Virus record (IMG/VR): IMGVR_UViG_2693429635_000019 | Coordinates: 1-15,775 of that record | Source of the DNA: a virus | Lineage: Duplodnaviria; Heunggongvirae; Uroviricota; Caudoviricetes | DNA length: 15,775 nucleotides | Direction: 5' to 3' (one strand) | Shown here: positions 7,124 to 14,214 of the stretch, piece after piece | Layout: every line of letters starts with the position of its first letter | How positions within the stretch are numbered: the first letter of the stretch is position 1 | Made by a program: the position numbers and the translations under genes | Notes under the pieces: generated by a model | The model's database searches: none | What the model was told of the DNA's origin: nothing | The model's input: only the letters and a program-made list of their open reading frames with translations

Positions 7124-8202
7124 ATTCCTCCTTCGAGACGGCGATGTCCCGCCGCGAGAATGTTCTTTGCCGCGTTTACGTCGCGGTCGTGGAGTTCACC
7201 ACATTCCACGCAGATCCATTCTCTTATTCCAAGGCCTACCCTACCCTTCGGACTACTGCAGCTAATAGCTCCGCAGCACGAGCAAGTCTGGGTGGTGTAC
7301 GCTTCATCTACGACCTCAAAAACCACACTCCGCGCAATCGCTTTATACTGAATCTGATTTTTTAGCTGACACCAGCCGGCGTCGTAGATACTTTTTGCCA
7401 AATTTGTTTTTGATAACTTTTTACTGCTTACGTCGCCTACAAAAATAGCGGCGTATTTATTAACCAGCGCCGTAGAAAACTTATGGTGTGCATCTTTACG
7501 GCGATTTTTGATTTTTGCGTGGATAGCTCTAACACGTTTTTTATTATGGGCACGTTGAGCAATTTTTAATTTGCCTTCTAATTCACGATACCAACGTTTA
7601 GCAGGAAGTTTTTCACCATCCGAAGTGGTGGCAATGTCTTTCAGACCAAGATCGATACCCACGTCGGCAGTGCCTTTAGTTGGTTCGCATTCGTATTCAA
7701 CTGCAACATTGAAATACCAGCGACCGCGCGCATCTTCTGCAAAGTTACCAGCACGGAATTTAAAGCCATTTAATCCATAGCTATCCCACACTTTGAAATA
7801 GTGCCCGGCAAACTTGATGCAGCCGTTTACCCATTTCACTTGAGCACCTTTGAACGGAACCCAACCAAGACTACGCCCAGCACCGCCACTTTTACGCCAG
7901 CGCAGCTTACTGCGTTTAAACTGTTTACGCGCTTTAGCGTGATGTTTTGAGATTTCCTGACAAGTAGCTGCTTGTATGTGGTATCCGCGCTCCTTTTGAA
8001 TACCAGCAATGCGTTTATCTACGTCAAATTCAGTTAACCAAACTCTTTGTTTTGGTCCGTATTCGCTGACAGTGCTGTATTCAGTCGCAGTCATTTCATT
8101 GATAAAGTTAAAAACTTGGTTCACTTCAAAGGCCATCTGACGCAACAAGGCGGCGTGGCGGTCTTTGACGCGTACCTGCAATGTTTTAGTCTGAATAGCC
8201 AT
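7111..8202 (-). CDS. tnpB: TnpB-like protein (IS200/IS605 OrfB family, RuvC-like + zinc finger), 363 aa; RuvC-II catalytic position apparently substituted
   Basis: ATG at 8202 with AAGGGGAG RBS; GIDLGLKD (RuvC-I), AYTTQTCSCCG...CVECG zinc finger, HDRDVNAAKNILAAG (RuvC-III); expected hhhEDLN motif reads AIFVGDVSS. Confidence 0.9.
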   Translation of the reverse strand: MAIQTKTLQVRVKDRHAALLRQMAFEVNQVFNFINEMTATEYSTVSEYGPKQRVWLTEFDVDKRIAGIQKERGYHIQAATCQEISKHHAKARKQFKRSKLRWRKSGGAGRSLGWVPFKGAQVKWVNGCIKFAGHYFKVWDSYGLNGFKFRAGNFAEDARGRWYFNVAVEYECEPTKGTADVGIDLGLKDIATTSDGEKLPAKRWYRELEGKLKIAQRAHNKKRVRAIHAKIKNRRKDAHHKFSTALVNKYAAIFVGDVSSKKLSKTNLAKSIYDAGWCQLKNQIQYKAIARSVVFEVVDEAYTTQTCSCCGAISCSSPKGRVGLGIREWICVECGELHDRDVNAAKNILAAGHRRLEGGIHAL

Positions 8203-8228
8203 TTACTTGCTCCCCTTATTGGTAAAAC

Positions 8229-8399
8229 TCATGGACGGCCTTGTTGTTTCAAAATATCCCAAAGCTTTTCGAGCAAGCTTTTCATTCTTGGTTGTTTAAA
8301 GTCTGCTCCGGTTAAAATATTTTTTCGTGAATGCTGTACCGATAAAATCGGGTTGAAAGGGCGAACCGATGCCGCCCCTGCAATAGCGAACTGTTGCAT
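8229..8399 (-). CDS. cIII: CIII-like small protein (FtsH inhibitor homolog), 56 aa
   Basis: Internal ATG at 8399 of ORF 8229-8504 with AAGGAG RBS; MQQFAIAG... and ...LLEKLWDILKQQGRP resemble lambda CIII (MQYAIAG...RLIDILNQPGVP) from memory; followed upstream by a terminator as in lambda tL1-cIII. Confidence 0.55.
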   Translation of the reverse strand: MQQFAIAGAASVRPFNPILSVQHSRKNILTGADFKQPRMKSLLEKLWDILKQQGRP

Positions 8400-8605
8400 A
8401 GGATGCTCCTTCTGTTTGATTGCATAACGAAAACGCCTCGAGTGAAGCGTTATTGGTATGCATATAAAAAGGCCCTCACACTGGAGGGCAAAGAAGATTT
8501 CCAATAATCAGAACAAGTCGGCTCCTGTTTAGTTACGAGCGACATTGCTCCGTGTATTCACTCGTTGGAATGAATACACAGTGCTGTGTTTATTCTGTTG
8601 TTTAT

Positions 8606-8634
8606 GCCAAAAATAAAGGCCGACTATGCGGCCT
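8606..8634 (-). terminator. Rho-independent terminator (tL1-like) between membrane-protein gene and cIII-like gene
   Basis: Minus strand AGGCCGCATAGTCGGCCT followed by TTATTTTTGG; 5 nt downstream of stop at 8639. Confidence 0.6.
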
Positions 8635-8638
8635 GAAA

Positions 8639-9004
8639 TTACTTAACCAATGATGCCGCATATTCGATAAGGTAAAGTTTTGGAGCAAGCCAAATCTTCA
8701 GCCAGTCGAAATAATTGAAAAAAACAATAACAGAAGTAATCTCTATTCCTGATGTGACAAGTAGCGATAAGATCACAATATCCGCATCATCTCCTTTATT
8801 CCATGCAAAAATCATCAGATAAACACACGCTATAATCACCAATACACAGATAGCCTGAATTCCAGCTGATGATACGGCGTGCCACATCAAAAGCTGATGG
8901 ATGACATCAGGAATCTGTGCCTGGCTAAATGAAACAGCCGCGTCTATTCCATTGCTGGCTTTTTGCAGTAGTTCTACGAGAATCTTGTTTGCTTGTTCTT
9001 CCAT
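8639..9004 (-). CDS. Small membrane protein (2-3 predicted TM helices), 121 aa; candidate superinfection-exclusion-type protein by position
   Basis: ATG at 9004 with AAGGTGA RBS; long hydrophobic segments (AGIQAICVLVIIACVYLMIFAW, IVILSLLVTSGIEITSVIVFF); occupies the sieB position of lambda. Confidence 0.6.
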   Translation of the reverse strand: MEEQANKILVELLQKASNGIDAAVSFSQAQIPDVIHQLLMWHAVSSAGIQAICVLVIIACVYLMIFAWNKGDDADIVILSLLVTSGIEITSVIVFFNYFDWLKIWLAPKLYLIEYAASLVK

Positions 9005-9063
9005 ATATCACCTTGATTGTAATAAGCATGAAATTATTTACGGCTAAAAAATAAAGGCCACCA

Positions 9064-9315
9064 TCAGGCAGCCTTGTTGTAAATGTTGCAGGTATCAAGT
9101 AAGTAATTAGATGGAGCGCCATAAATTATGAATTCATCGTTTGTCGGATCCATCTCCATCTCTTGGCCTATTGCCACTCTTGCGTCAGTGTCATCAGCGG
9201 CGAAGCATAAAACAGCCCACGCTCCCATTGTTTTAAAAAGAACTGCAATTGGCTGTGGTTTTACTGAATTTGCGTTAGCGCGAAAATCACAAATCGCACT
9301 TTCATGAAATTCCAT
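9064..9315 (-). CDS. Hypothetical protein, 83 aa, immediately downstream of N
   Basis: ORF track 9064-9372 trimmed to ATG at 9315 with GAGGT RBS; longer form would overlap N. Confidence 0.55.
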   Translation of the reverse strand: MEFHESAICDFRANANSVKPQPIAVLFKTMGAWAVLCFAADDTDARVAIGQEMEMDPTNDEFIIYGAPSNYLLDTCNIYNKAA

Positions 9316-9323
9316 ATCTAACC

Positions 9324-9650
9324 TCAAATAAGTGGTTTGCTGCCTAATTTCATTTTCTGGCGACCAACACAAGTCACACCCATTTCACTGCGTGGCTTGC
9401 TGTACCATGTGCGCTGATTCTTGCGCTCAATACGTTGCAGGTTGCTTTCAATCTGTTCGTGGTATTCAGCCAGCACCGTAAGGTCTATCGGATTCAGTGC
9501 GCTTTCTACTCGTGATTTCGGTTTGCGATTCAGCGAGAGAATAGGGCGGTTAACTGGTTTTGCGCTTACCCCAACTAACAGGGGATTTGCTGCTTTCCAT
9601 TGAGCCTGTTTCTCTGCGCGACGTTCGCGGCGGCGTGTTTGTGCATCCAT
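9324..9650 (-). CDS. N: Antitermination protein N (lambda-type)
   Basis: ORF track 9324-9782 trimmed to ATG at 9650 with GGAGA RBS; MDAQTRRRERRAEKQAQWKAANPLLVGVSAKPVNRPILSLNRKPKSRVESALNPIDLTVLAEYH... near-identical to lambda N as remembered; arginine-rich N-terminal motif. Confidence 0.9.
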   Translation of the reverse strand: MDAQTRRRERRAEKQAQWKAANPLLVGVSAKPVNRPILSLNRKPKSRVESALNPIDLTVLAEYHEQIESNLQRIERKNQRTWYSKPRSEMGVTCVGRQKMKLGSKPLI

Positions 9651-9807
9651 CTGGATTCTCCTGTCAGTTAGCTTTGGTTGTGTGTGGGAGTCGTAGTCCT
9701 GAACGAAAACACCCCGCAATGGCACATTGGCAGCTAATCCGGATTCGCACTTCCGGCCAATGCTTCGTTTCGTATCACACACACCAAAGCCTTCTGCTTT
9801 GAATGCT

Positions 9808-9838
9808 GCCCTTCTTCAGGGCTTAATTTTTAAGAGCC
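9808..9838 (-). promoter_or_regulatory. nutL site (boxA GCTCTTA, boxB GCCCTGAAGAAGGGC)
   Basis: Minus strand GCTCTTAAAAATTAAGCCCTGAAGAAGGGC identical to lambda nutL as remembered; located between PL and N. Confidence 0.85.
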
Positions 9839-9871
9839 TCACCTTCATGGTGGTTAGTGCGTCCTGCTGAT

Positions 9872-9900
9872 GGCTAAATAGTACGATTTGTACTTTATCG
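9872..9900. promoter_or_regulatory. Candidate OL operator sites (GTAC-centred 17-bp motif) overlapping PL
   Basis: cgatttgtactttatcg (9884-9900) in the PL spacer closely matches OR site tctaaaagtacatatcg (10754-10770) when read on the minus strand; second GTAC at 9881-9884 over the -10. Confidence 0.45.
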
Positions 9901-9906
9901 AGTCAA
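9878..9906 (-). promoter_or_regulatory. PL promoter (-35 TTGACT, 17-bp spacer, -10 TACTAT)
   Basis: Minus-strand hexamers with consensus spacing; downstream sequence from ATCAGCAGGACGCACT onward matches the lambda PL leader. Confidence 0.7.
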
Positions 9907-9969
9907 TACAAAATGTTCTAAATATGATTAGTTTTTTATAACGCTTTGTATTTAATGGGTTTATGTTTT

Positions 9970-10001
9970 GGAAAAAGAAAACCCGACGCTAAGGTCGGGT
10001 T
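9970..10001 (-). terminator. Rho-independent terminator downstream of the repressor gene
   Basis: Minus strand AACCCGACCTTAGCGTCGGGTT stem-loop followed by TTCTTTTTCC; resembles lambda terminator distal to cI/rex. Confidence 0.6.
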
Positions 10002-10031
10002 ATTGTTGTGTGTTTTAGAGTTGTGAGGCTG

Positions 10032-10691
10032 TTAACTAAATGTCTCTTCAGGCCACTGGCTGGCGATAACTTTCCCTACTACGGAACAGCTATCATTGCA
10101 TGGAATCATTGGATATTGCGGGTTTAGTGGCTGTAGGAACACCTGACCGCTATCCCTGATCAGTTTCTTGAAGGTAAACTCGTCACCACCAAGTCTGGCT
10201 ATGCAGAAATCACCTGGCTCAACAGCCTGCTCAGGGTCAACGAGAATTAACATCCCGTCAGGAAAGCTTGGCTTGGATCCTGTTGGCGCGGTCATGGAAT
10301 TACCTTCAACTTCAAGCCAGAACGCACAATCACTGGCTTTTTTGGTTGTGCTGACCCATCTCTCCGCATCACCTTTGGTAAAGGTTCTAAGCTCAGGCGA
10401 GAACATCCCGGCCTGAACATGAGAAAAAACAGGGTACTCATATTGTTTTTTAACGGGGGCAGATGAGTATTCGCCAACAGGTGAAAATGTACCGTCGTGG
10501 TTGAATGAGACGTTATCAATACCAAGGTATTTAAACACCACACCAATCTCGTCAAGAGATGGATGACGAGATCCGCGCAACCAGTGACCAATTCCACCCT
10601 GCGTCATACCAAGCTCTTCAGCTAACTTCTCTTGAGTTATGCCGAGCTCTTTCATTCTGGATCTAGCCAGTTCATACCATTTCATTTTCAT
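10032..10691 (-). CDS. cI: CI-type phage repressor, hybrid: heterologous XRE-type HTH N-domain + lambda-identical C-terminal S24 autopeptidase domain
   Basis: C-terminal 140 aa ([39 protein letters not shown]...[15 protein letters not shown]) match lambda CI from memory; N-terminus differs; start chosen at ATG 10691 (AAGGG RBS), alternatives ATG 10727 or TTG 10733. Confidence 0.85.
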   Translation of the reverse strand: MKMKWYELARSRMKELGITQEKLAEELGMTQGGIGHWLRGSRHPSLDEIGVVFKYLGIDNVSFNHDGTFSPVGEYSSAPVKKQYEYPVFSHVQAGMFSPELRTFTKGDAERWVSTTKKASDCAFWLEVEGNSMTAPTGSKPSFPDGMLILVDPEQAVEPGDFCIARLGGDEFTFKKLIRDSGQVFLQPLNPQYPMIPCNDSCSVVGKVIASQWPEETFS

Positions 10692-10703
10692 ACCCTTATT
10701 ATT

Positions 10704-10770
10704 ACGCTCTGTACTAAAACCATCCATGCACAAGATGTATTTTTTGTTTGCATTCTAAAAGTACATATCG
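10704..10770. promoter_or_regulatory. OR operator region: three candidate sites about 25 bp apart (10704-10720, 10729-10745, 10754-10770) sharing an AAAGTACA-like core
   Basis: GTAC-centred 17-mers at the two outer positions, degenerate middle site; outer site fills the PR spacer, inner site abuts the repressor start. Confidence 0.45.
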
Positions 10771-10776
10771 TATTAT
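10748..10776 (+). promoter_or_regulatory. PR promoter (-35 TTGCAT, 17-bp spacer, -10 TATTAT)
   Basis: Hexamers and spacing seen directly, 27 nt upstream of cro ATG. Confidence 0.6.
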
Positions 10777-10802
10777 TGTTTCATGGTTACTATGGAGGGC
10801 AT

Positions 10803-11018
10803 ATGAGCAACCTACGAAAATATCGAGAGTCACTGAATATCTCTCAAACAACACTTGCTAAGGCAGTTGGATGCACACAGGGAGCTATCGGACATTGGGA
10901 ATCTGGTCGTCGCTTCCCAGACCTTAAAACATGCCGTGCTCTTGTTGAGTGCCTAAACAAGTTAGGCGCAAAAGTCAGTCTTGATGACGTGTTCCCGCCG
11001 GAACACAAAGCCGCTTAA
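10803..11018 (+). CDS. cro: Cro-like repressor (XRE-family HTH), 71 aa
   Basis: ATG at 10803 with GGAGGG RBS; HTH ISQTTLAKAVGCTQGAIGHWESGRR similar to the repressor recognition region; divergent from repressor gene; ORF track extension 10632-10802 is non-coding. Confidence 0.8.
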   Translation: MSNLRKYRESLNISQTTLAKAVGCTQGAIGHWESGRRFPDLKTCRALVECLNKLGAKVSLDDVFPPEHKAA

Positions 11019-11026
11019 GACATTCT

Positions 11027-11058
11027 AGCTCTTACACATCCCCGCCCTGAAAAAGGGC
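11027..11058 (+). promoter_or_regulatory. nutR site (boxA AGCTCTTA, boxB GCCCTGAAAAAGGGC)
   Basis: boxB identical to lambda nutR boxB as remembered, boxA one mismatch; immediately downstream of cro. Confidence 0.85.
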
Positions 11059-11134
11059 ATTACCAGAAACAAATCTCTATGGTTTTGCGTTTCTTTGCGA
11101 AGCCAACTCTATCTAATCATTAAGGAAATTATCT

Positions 11135-11416
11135 ATGGTTACTATTGCAACTAAAAGCAAGAAAGCGGCTCGCATCGAGTCGGCCTTGCTGAACAAACTG
11201 GCACTGATGGGGCAGAAGACATTCGCTCGAGCAATGGGGGTTCCTGAATATCAGGTAAGCCGATGGAAGAATGGTTTCTTCTCGCAGGTAAGCATGATGC
11301 TTGCTGTTCTGGAATACGGAATCGAAGACGATGAAATGGCTGAATTGACTAAGCGGCTTGCCGATTACCTGACAAAAGAAAAAGCCCCGAAGAACGGCGA
11401 ATTCTTCGAGGCCTGA
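11135..11416 (+). CDS. cII: CII transcriptional activator (lambda-type)
   Basis: 93 aa; ARIESALLNKLALMG...SRWK...MLAVLEYGIEDDEMAEL aligns to lambda CII; AAGGA RBS. Confidence 0.9.
   Translation: MVTIATKSKKAARIESALLNKLALMGQKTFARAMGVPEYQVSRWKNGFFSQVSMMLAVLEYGIEDDEMAELTKRLADYLTKEKAPKNGEFFEA
11384..11412 (-). terminator. Antisense intrinsic terminator inside 3' end of cII (oop-like RNA terminator candidate)
   Basis: Minus strand GCCTCGAAGAATTCGCCGTTCTTCGGGGC stem-loop followed by TTTTTCTTTT; lambda oop terminates at the equivalent position. Confidence 0.4.
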
Positions 11417-11450
11417 TGTAGAAAGACTGGATCAATCCACAGGAGTAATT

Positions 11451-11612
11451 ATGACAAAACGTCGTAAGAAATACCAGGAAAAAGAAGAGATTCGACACCC
11501 TGATTCACCTGAGGGATTAGTGGTAGCCGCAGCAAATAACAGGGCGTTCGCAGAGCGCCTTGTTGGTGTTTACAGACTAGCCAAAGCAGGAGTGAAACAT
11601 GGGCGTCGTTAA
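11451..11612 (+). CDS. Small basic protein, 53 aa (not in ORF track)
   Basis: ATG at 11451 with AGGAG RBS 5 nt upstream; stop TAA 11610-11612, overlapping the start of the replication initiator by 14 nt. Confidence 0.35.
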   Translation: MTKRRKKYQEKEEIRHPDSPEGLVVAAANNRAFAERLVGVYRLAKAGVKHGRR

Positions 11613-12489
11613 GTTAGCTGATTACAGGCATAACCCTGTACAACATCAGGAGGCATCCAGTATGGGGTATGTCTCTATACACCGCCAGTTTATGGACAGC
11701 AGGCTCTATAAGGACTCTCAGGCAGTACATCTTTGGCTTCACTTAATCCTCAAGGCTAATCACGAATCTACTGTCGTCAATACGGATATCGGTCCGATAA
11801 CTGTTGATCGCGGTCAGATGATAACTGGACGCCCGTCGCTGGTCAGAGAAACATTCATCCCCGACAACAAAGTTCGGAGCTTATTACGGACTTTTGAGTC
11901 GAAAGGGATGCTTAATATTTCCTCGATGGGGAAGAAATTTAGCCTGTTTACAATCGTTAAATATGACGATTTTCAGGCAAAAAATTGTCCAACGGTTGTC
12001 CAACGGTTGTCCAACGCAAACACCAGTAATGGCGCGGCTCTCAGCGGAGATTGTCCAACGGTTGTCCAACGGTTGTCCATAAACAATAATATAAATAATA
12101 TCTCTAATACTGACGTATTAGGGAGTGCCACAGCAGACAAAAAGTCTGACAAGAAAAAACCTTCCGTTAGCTGTCAGGATGTTGTCGATGCTTACCACGA
12201 AATCCTTCCTGAAGCGCCAAGAATCCGCGCACTGAATGACAAGCGTAAAAACCAGATCCGAACGTTCTGGCGCAAAGCCGGAGTGATAACCCGCCAGCTT
12301 GACGGGCATGGGTTCACGATGCAGGACTGGAGAAATTATTTGAGCTACGTAGGAGAAAATTGCCGATGGATGTTCGAAGAGCGCCCAAACCATCAACGCG
12401 GAACTGTCTGGCACAAAAAGGGATTTGATTTCCTGCTTAACGATAATACCTACCTGAAAGTTCGTGAGGGTGAACACGATGACCGATAA
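11599..12489 (+). CDS. Replication initiator protein (lambda O / P22 gp18 functional analogue) containing the origin iterons
   Basis: 296 aa, ATG 11599 with GGAG RBS; internal direct repeats plus AT-rich tract typical of lambdoid ori inside the initiator gene; followed by DnaB-like helicase. Confidence 0.8.
   Translation: MGVVKLADYRHNPVQHQEASSMGYVSIHRQFMDSRLYKDSQAVHLWLHLILKANHESTVVNTDIGPITVDRGQMITGRPSLVRETFIPDNKVRSLLRTFESKGMLNISSMGKKFSLFTIVKYDDFQAKNCPTVVQRLSNANTSNGAALSGDCPTVVQRLSINNNINNISNTDVLGSATADKKSDKKKPSVSCQDVVDAYHEILPEAPRIRALNDKRKNQIRTFWRKAGVITRQLDGHGFTMQDWRNYLSYVGENCRWMFEERPNHQRGTVWHKKGFDFLLNDNTYLKVREGEHDDR
11985..12080 (+). repeat. Origin iterons: two clusters of TTGTCCAACGG direct repeats (11985-12016 and 12051-12080) followed by an AT-rich unwinding tract (12081-12120)
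   Basis: Repeats read directly: ttgtccaacggttgtccaacggttgtccaacgc ... ttgtccaacggttgtccaacggttgtccat then aaacaataatataaataatatctctaatac. Confidence 0.75.
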
Positions 12490-13915
12490 TTTTTATGCGC
12501 CGCCCCATAGCATCGAGGCAGAGCAGGCGGTGATTGGTGGATTGCTTCTGGATGATGACAGCAGTGAGCGCGTCCAGAAAGTTCTGGCGATGCTGAAGCC
12601 TGATTCATTTTACAGCCGACCACACAAAATCCTTTTCGAAGAAATAACCAGAATGCACCGGGAGCAAAAGCCAGTAGATGGCCTGACGCTTTTCGATGAA
12701 CTGGATCGCAAATCGTTAACGGTGTCTGTTGGCGGTTTTGCTTATATCGCTGAGATCGCAAAGAACACGCCAAGCGCCGCAAACATCGTTGCCTATGCAA
12801 TGCAGGTTCGCGAAACCGCAATGGAACGCTACGCCATCAACCGCATGACTGAAGCGACGGAATTGCTCTATTCCCGCAACGGAATGACTGCAACGCAGAA
12901 GTACGAAGCTATTCAGGCGATTTTCACGCAACTGACAGACCATGCAAAAACCGGATCGCGTCGCGGCCTTCGCTCATTTGGTGAGGTAATGGAAGACTGG
13001 GTTAGCGACCTTGAGAAGCGATTTGACCCGTCAGGCGAACAACGAGGAATGAGCACAGGGATCCCATCGCTGGACAGGATGCTGTCACCGAAAGGTCTGG
13101 TGAAAGGCTCTCTGTTTGTCATTGGCGCTCGCCCTAAGATGGGGAAAACGACGCTATACAGCCAGATGGCAATCAACTGCGCAGTGCATGAGAAAAAGCC
13201 CGCTCTGATGTTCAGCCTTGAAATGCCCGGTGACCAGATACTGGAAAAACTGGTAGGACAGAAGTCAGGTGTTAACCCGAATATTTTTTACCTTCCGGCG
13301 ACAAATGACGCTGATGACGGCTATCAGGGTGATTACGATGGTGACTTCAACAGGGCGATCGAAACAGCCAATCGCTTGAGTGAAATCGACATGCTTTACA
13401 TCGACGACACGCCGGGATTATCTCTGGCTCAAATCGTCAGCGAAAGCCGTCGAATCAAGCGAGAAAAAGGATGTGTTGGCATGATTCTGGTCGATTACCT
13501 GACACTAATGACCGCTGAGAAGGCCGATCGCAACGACCTTGCTTACGGCATGATCACCAAAGGACTGAAGAACCTTGCCAAAGAGCTTGATTGCGTTGTT
13601 GTGCTTCTGACGCAGCTTAACCGCGCACTGGAAAGCCGAACCAATAAACGCCCACTACCAAGTGACTCACGAGATACAGGGCAGATTGAACAGGATTGCG
13701 ATTATTGGGTGGGGATCCATCGTGAAGGTGCTTTTGATGACAGTGTTCCACCTGGTGAAACCGAACTAATCCTTCGTCTCAATCGTCATGGCAATACCGG
13801 CACGGTGTATTGCATTCAGGCAAATGGCGCTATTTATGACACAGACCAACAGTCTGCTGAAATGCGCCGCCGTGAACGCGAGGAACCGCAGTCCAAGAAG
13901 AAAGGAGGATTCTGA
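12479..13915 (+). CDS. Replicative DNA helicase, DnaB family (P22 gp12-like)
   Basis: 478 aa from ATG 12479 (GAGGGTG RBS; GTG 12464 alternative); DnaB N-terminal motif PPHSIEAEQAVIGGLLLD, Walker A GARPKMGKT, RecA-like C-domain. Confidence 0.9.
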   Translation: MTDNFYAPPHSIEAEQAVIGGLLLDDDSSERVQKVLAMLKPDSFYSRPHKILFEEITRMHREQKPVDGLTLFDELDRKSLTVSVGGFAYIAEIAKNTPSAANIVAYAMQVRETAMERYAINRMTEATELLYSRNGMTATQKYEAIQAIFTQLTDHAKTGSRRGLRSFGEVMEDWVSDLEKRFDPSGEQRGMSTGIPSLDRMLSPKGLVKGSLFVIGARPKMGKTTLYSQMAINCAVHEKKPALMFSLEMPGDQILEKLVGQKSGVNPNIFYLPATNDADDGYQGDYDGDFNRAIETANRLSEIDMLYIDDTPGLSLAQIVSESRRIKREKGCVGMILVDYLTLMTAEKADRNDLAYGMITKGLKNLAKELDCVVVLLTQLNRALESRTNKRPLPSDSRDTGQIEQDCDYWVGIHREGAFDDSVPPGETELILRLNRHGNTGTVYCIQANGAIYDTDQQSAEMRRREREEPQSKKKGGF

Positions 13916-13943
13916 TGACCATCTACATCACTGAGCTAATAAC

Positions 13944-13975
13944 AGGCCTGCTGGTAATCGCAGGCCTTTTTATTT
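13944..13975 (+). terminator. Rho-independent terminator-like hairpin after helicase gene
   Basis: AGGCCTGC-TGGTAATC-GCAGGCCT followed by TTTTTATTT; overlaps a possible 27-aa ORF (13915-13998). Confidence 0.5.
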
Positions 13976-13990
13976 GGGGGAGAGTAAATC

Positions 13991-14197
13991 GTGGCTGAGT
14001 TTATGCTCGTCGCATTCAAATGCGTTGGCGTTGGATGGATTCTTCTGACGTTTTTTATTGTTCTGCGTAGCTACATTCGTCTTGTGAATGACGGCAAAGA
14101 CCCATGGTATACGTTGTTTGGCGCTGCATTTGTCTGGGTGATTATCGGTGTTATGCCTGTTGTCGTAGCAAAAATGGCGTGGCGTTTTGTGAGTTGA
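13991..14197 (+). CDS. Small membrane protein 1 (2 TM), 68 aa
   Basis: GTG at 13991 preceded by GGGGGAGAG (ATG 14003 alternative); two hydrophobic helices. Confidence 0.45.
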   Translation: MAEFMLVAFKCVGVGWILLTFFIVLRSYIRLVNDGKDPWYTLFGAAFVWVIIGVMPVVVAKMAWRFVS

Positions 14198-14214
14198 ACT
14201 GAGGGTAAGTATCG

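Larger units (their letters stand above)
7104..8202 (-). mobile_element. IS200/IS605-family tnpB-only unit (IS1341-like) or domesticated remnant; boundaries not defined
   Basis: tnpB with 3' hairpin, no tnpA in window, only 26 bp between tnpB start and upstream cIII-like stop so no room for a canonical left end. Confidence 0.4.

Noticed and set aside
8229-8504. Full 91-aa ORF as a possible TnpA partner of tnpB
   Set aside because: No HuH/Y1 transposase motifs; the 5' extension lacks an RBS, and the internal 56-aa frame looks like cIII.
9324-9782. Long N-terminal extensions of track ORFs (N as 152 aa, erf as 211 aa, 3442-4008 as 188 aa, 4360-4695 as 111 aa)
   Set aside because: Extensions overlap the upstream gene or begin at TTG/GTG without an RBS; internal ATGs have RBSs and restore tight gene packing.
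11985-12080. CRISPR-like repeat array
   Set aside because: Repeats are 11 bp, directly abutting without spacers and inside a replication initiator gene; these are origin iterons.
12118-13176. Several minus-strand ORFs (12118-12477, 12450-12821, 12716-12943, 12913-13176)
   Set aside because: All lie antisense within the initiator and DnaB-like helicase genes, whose protein-family signatures are clear.
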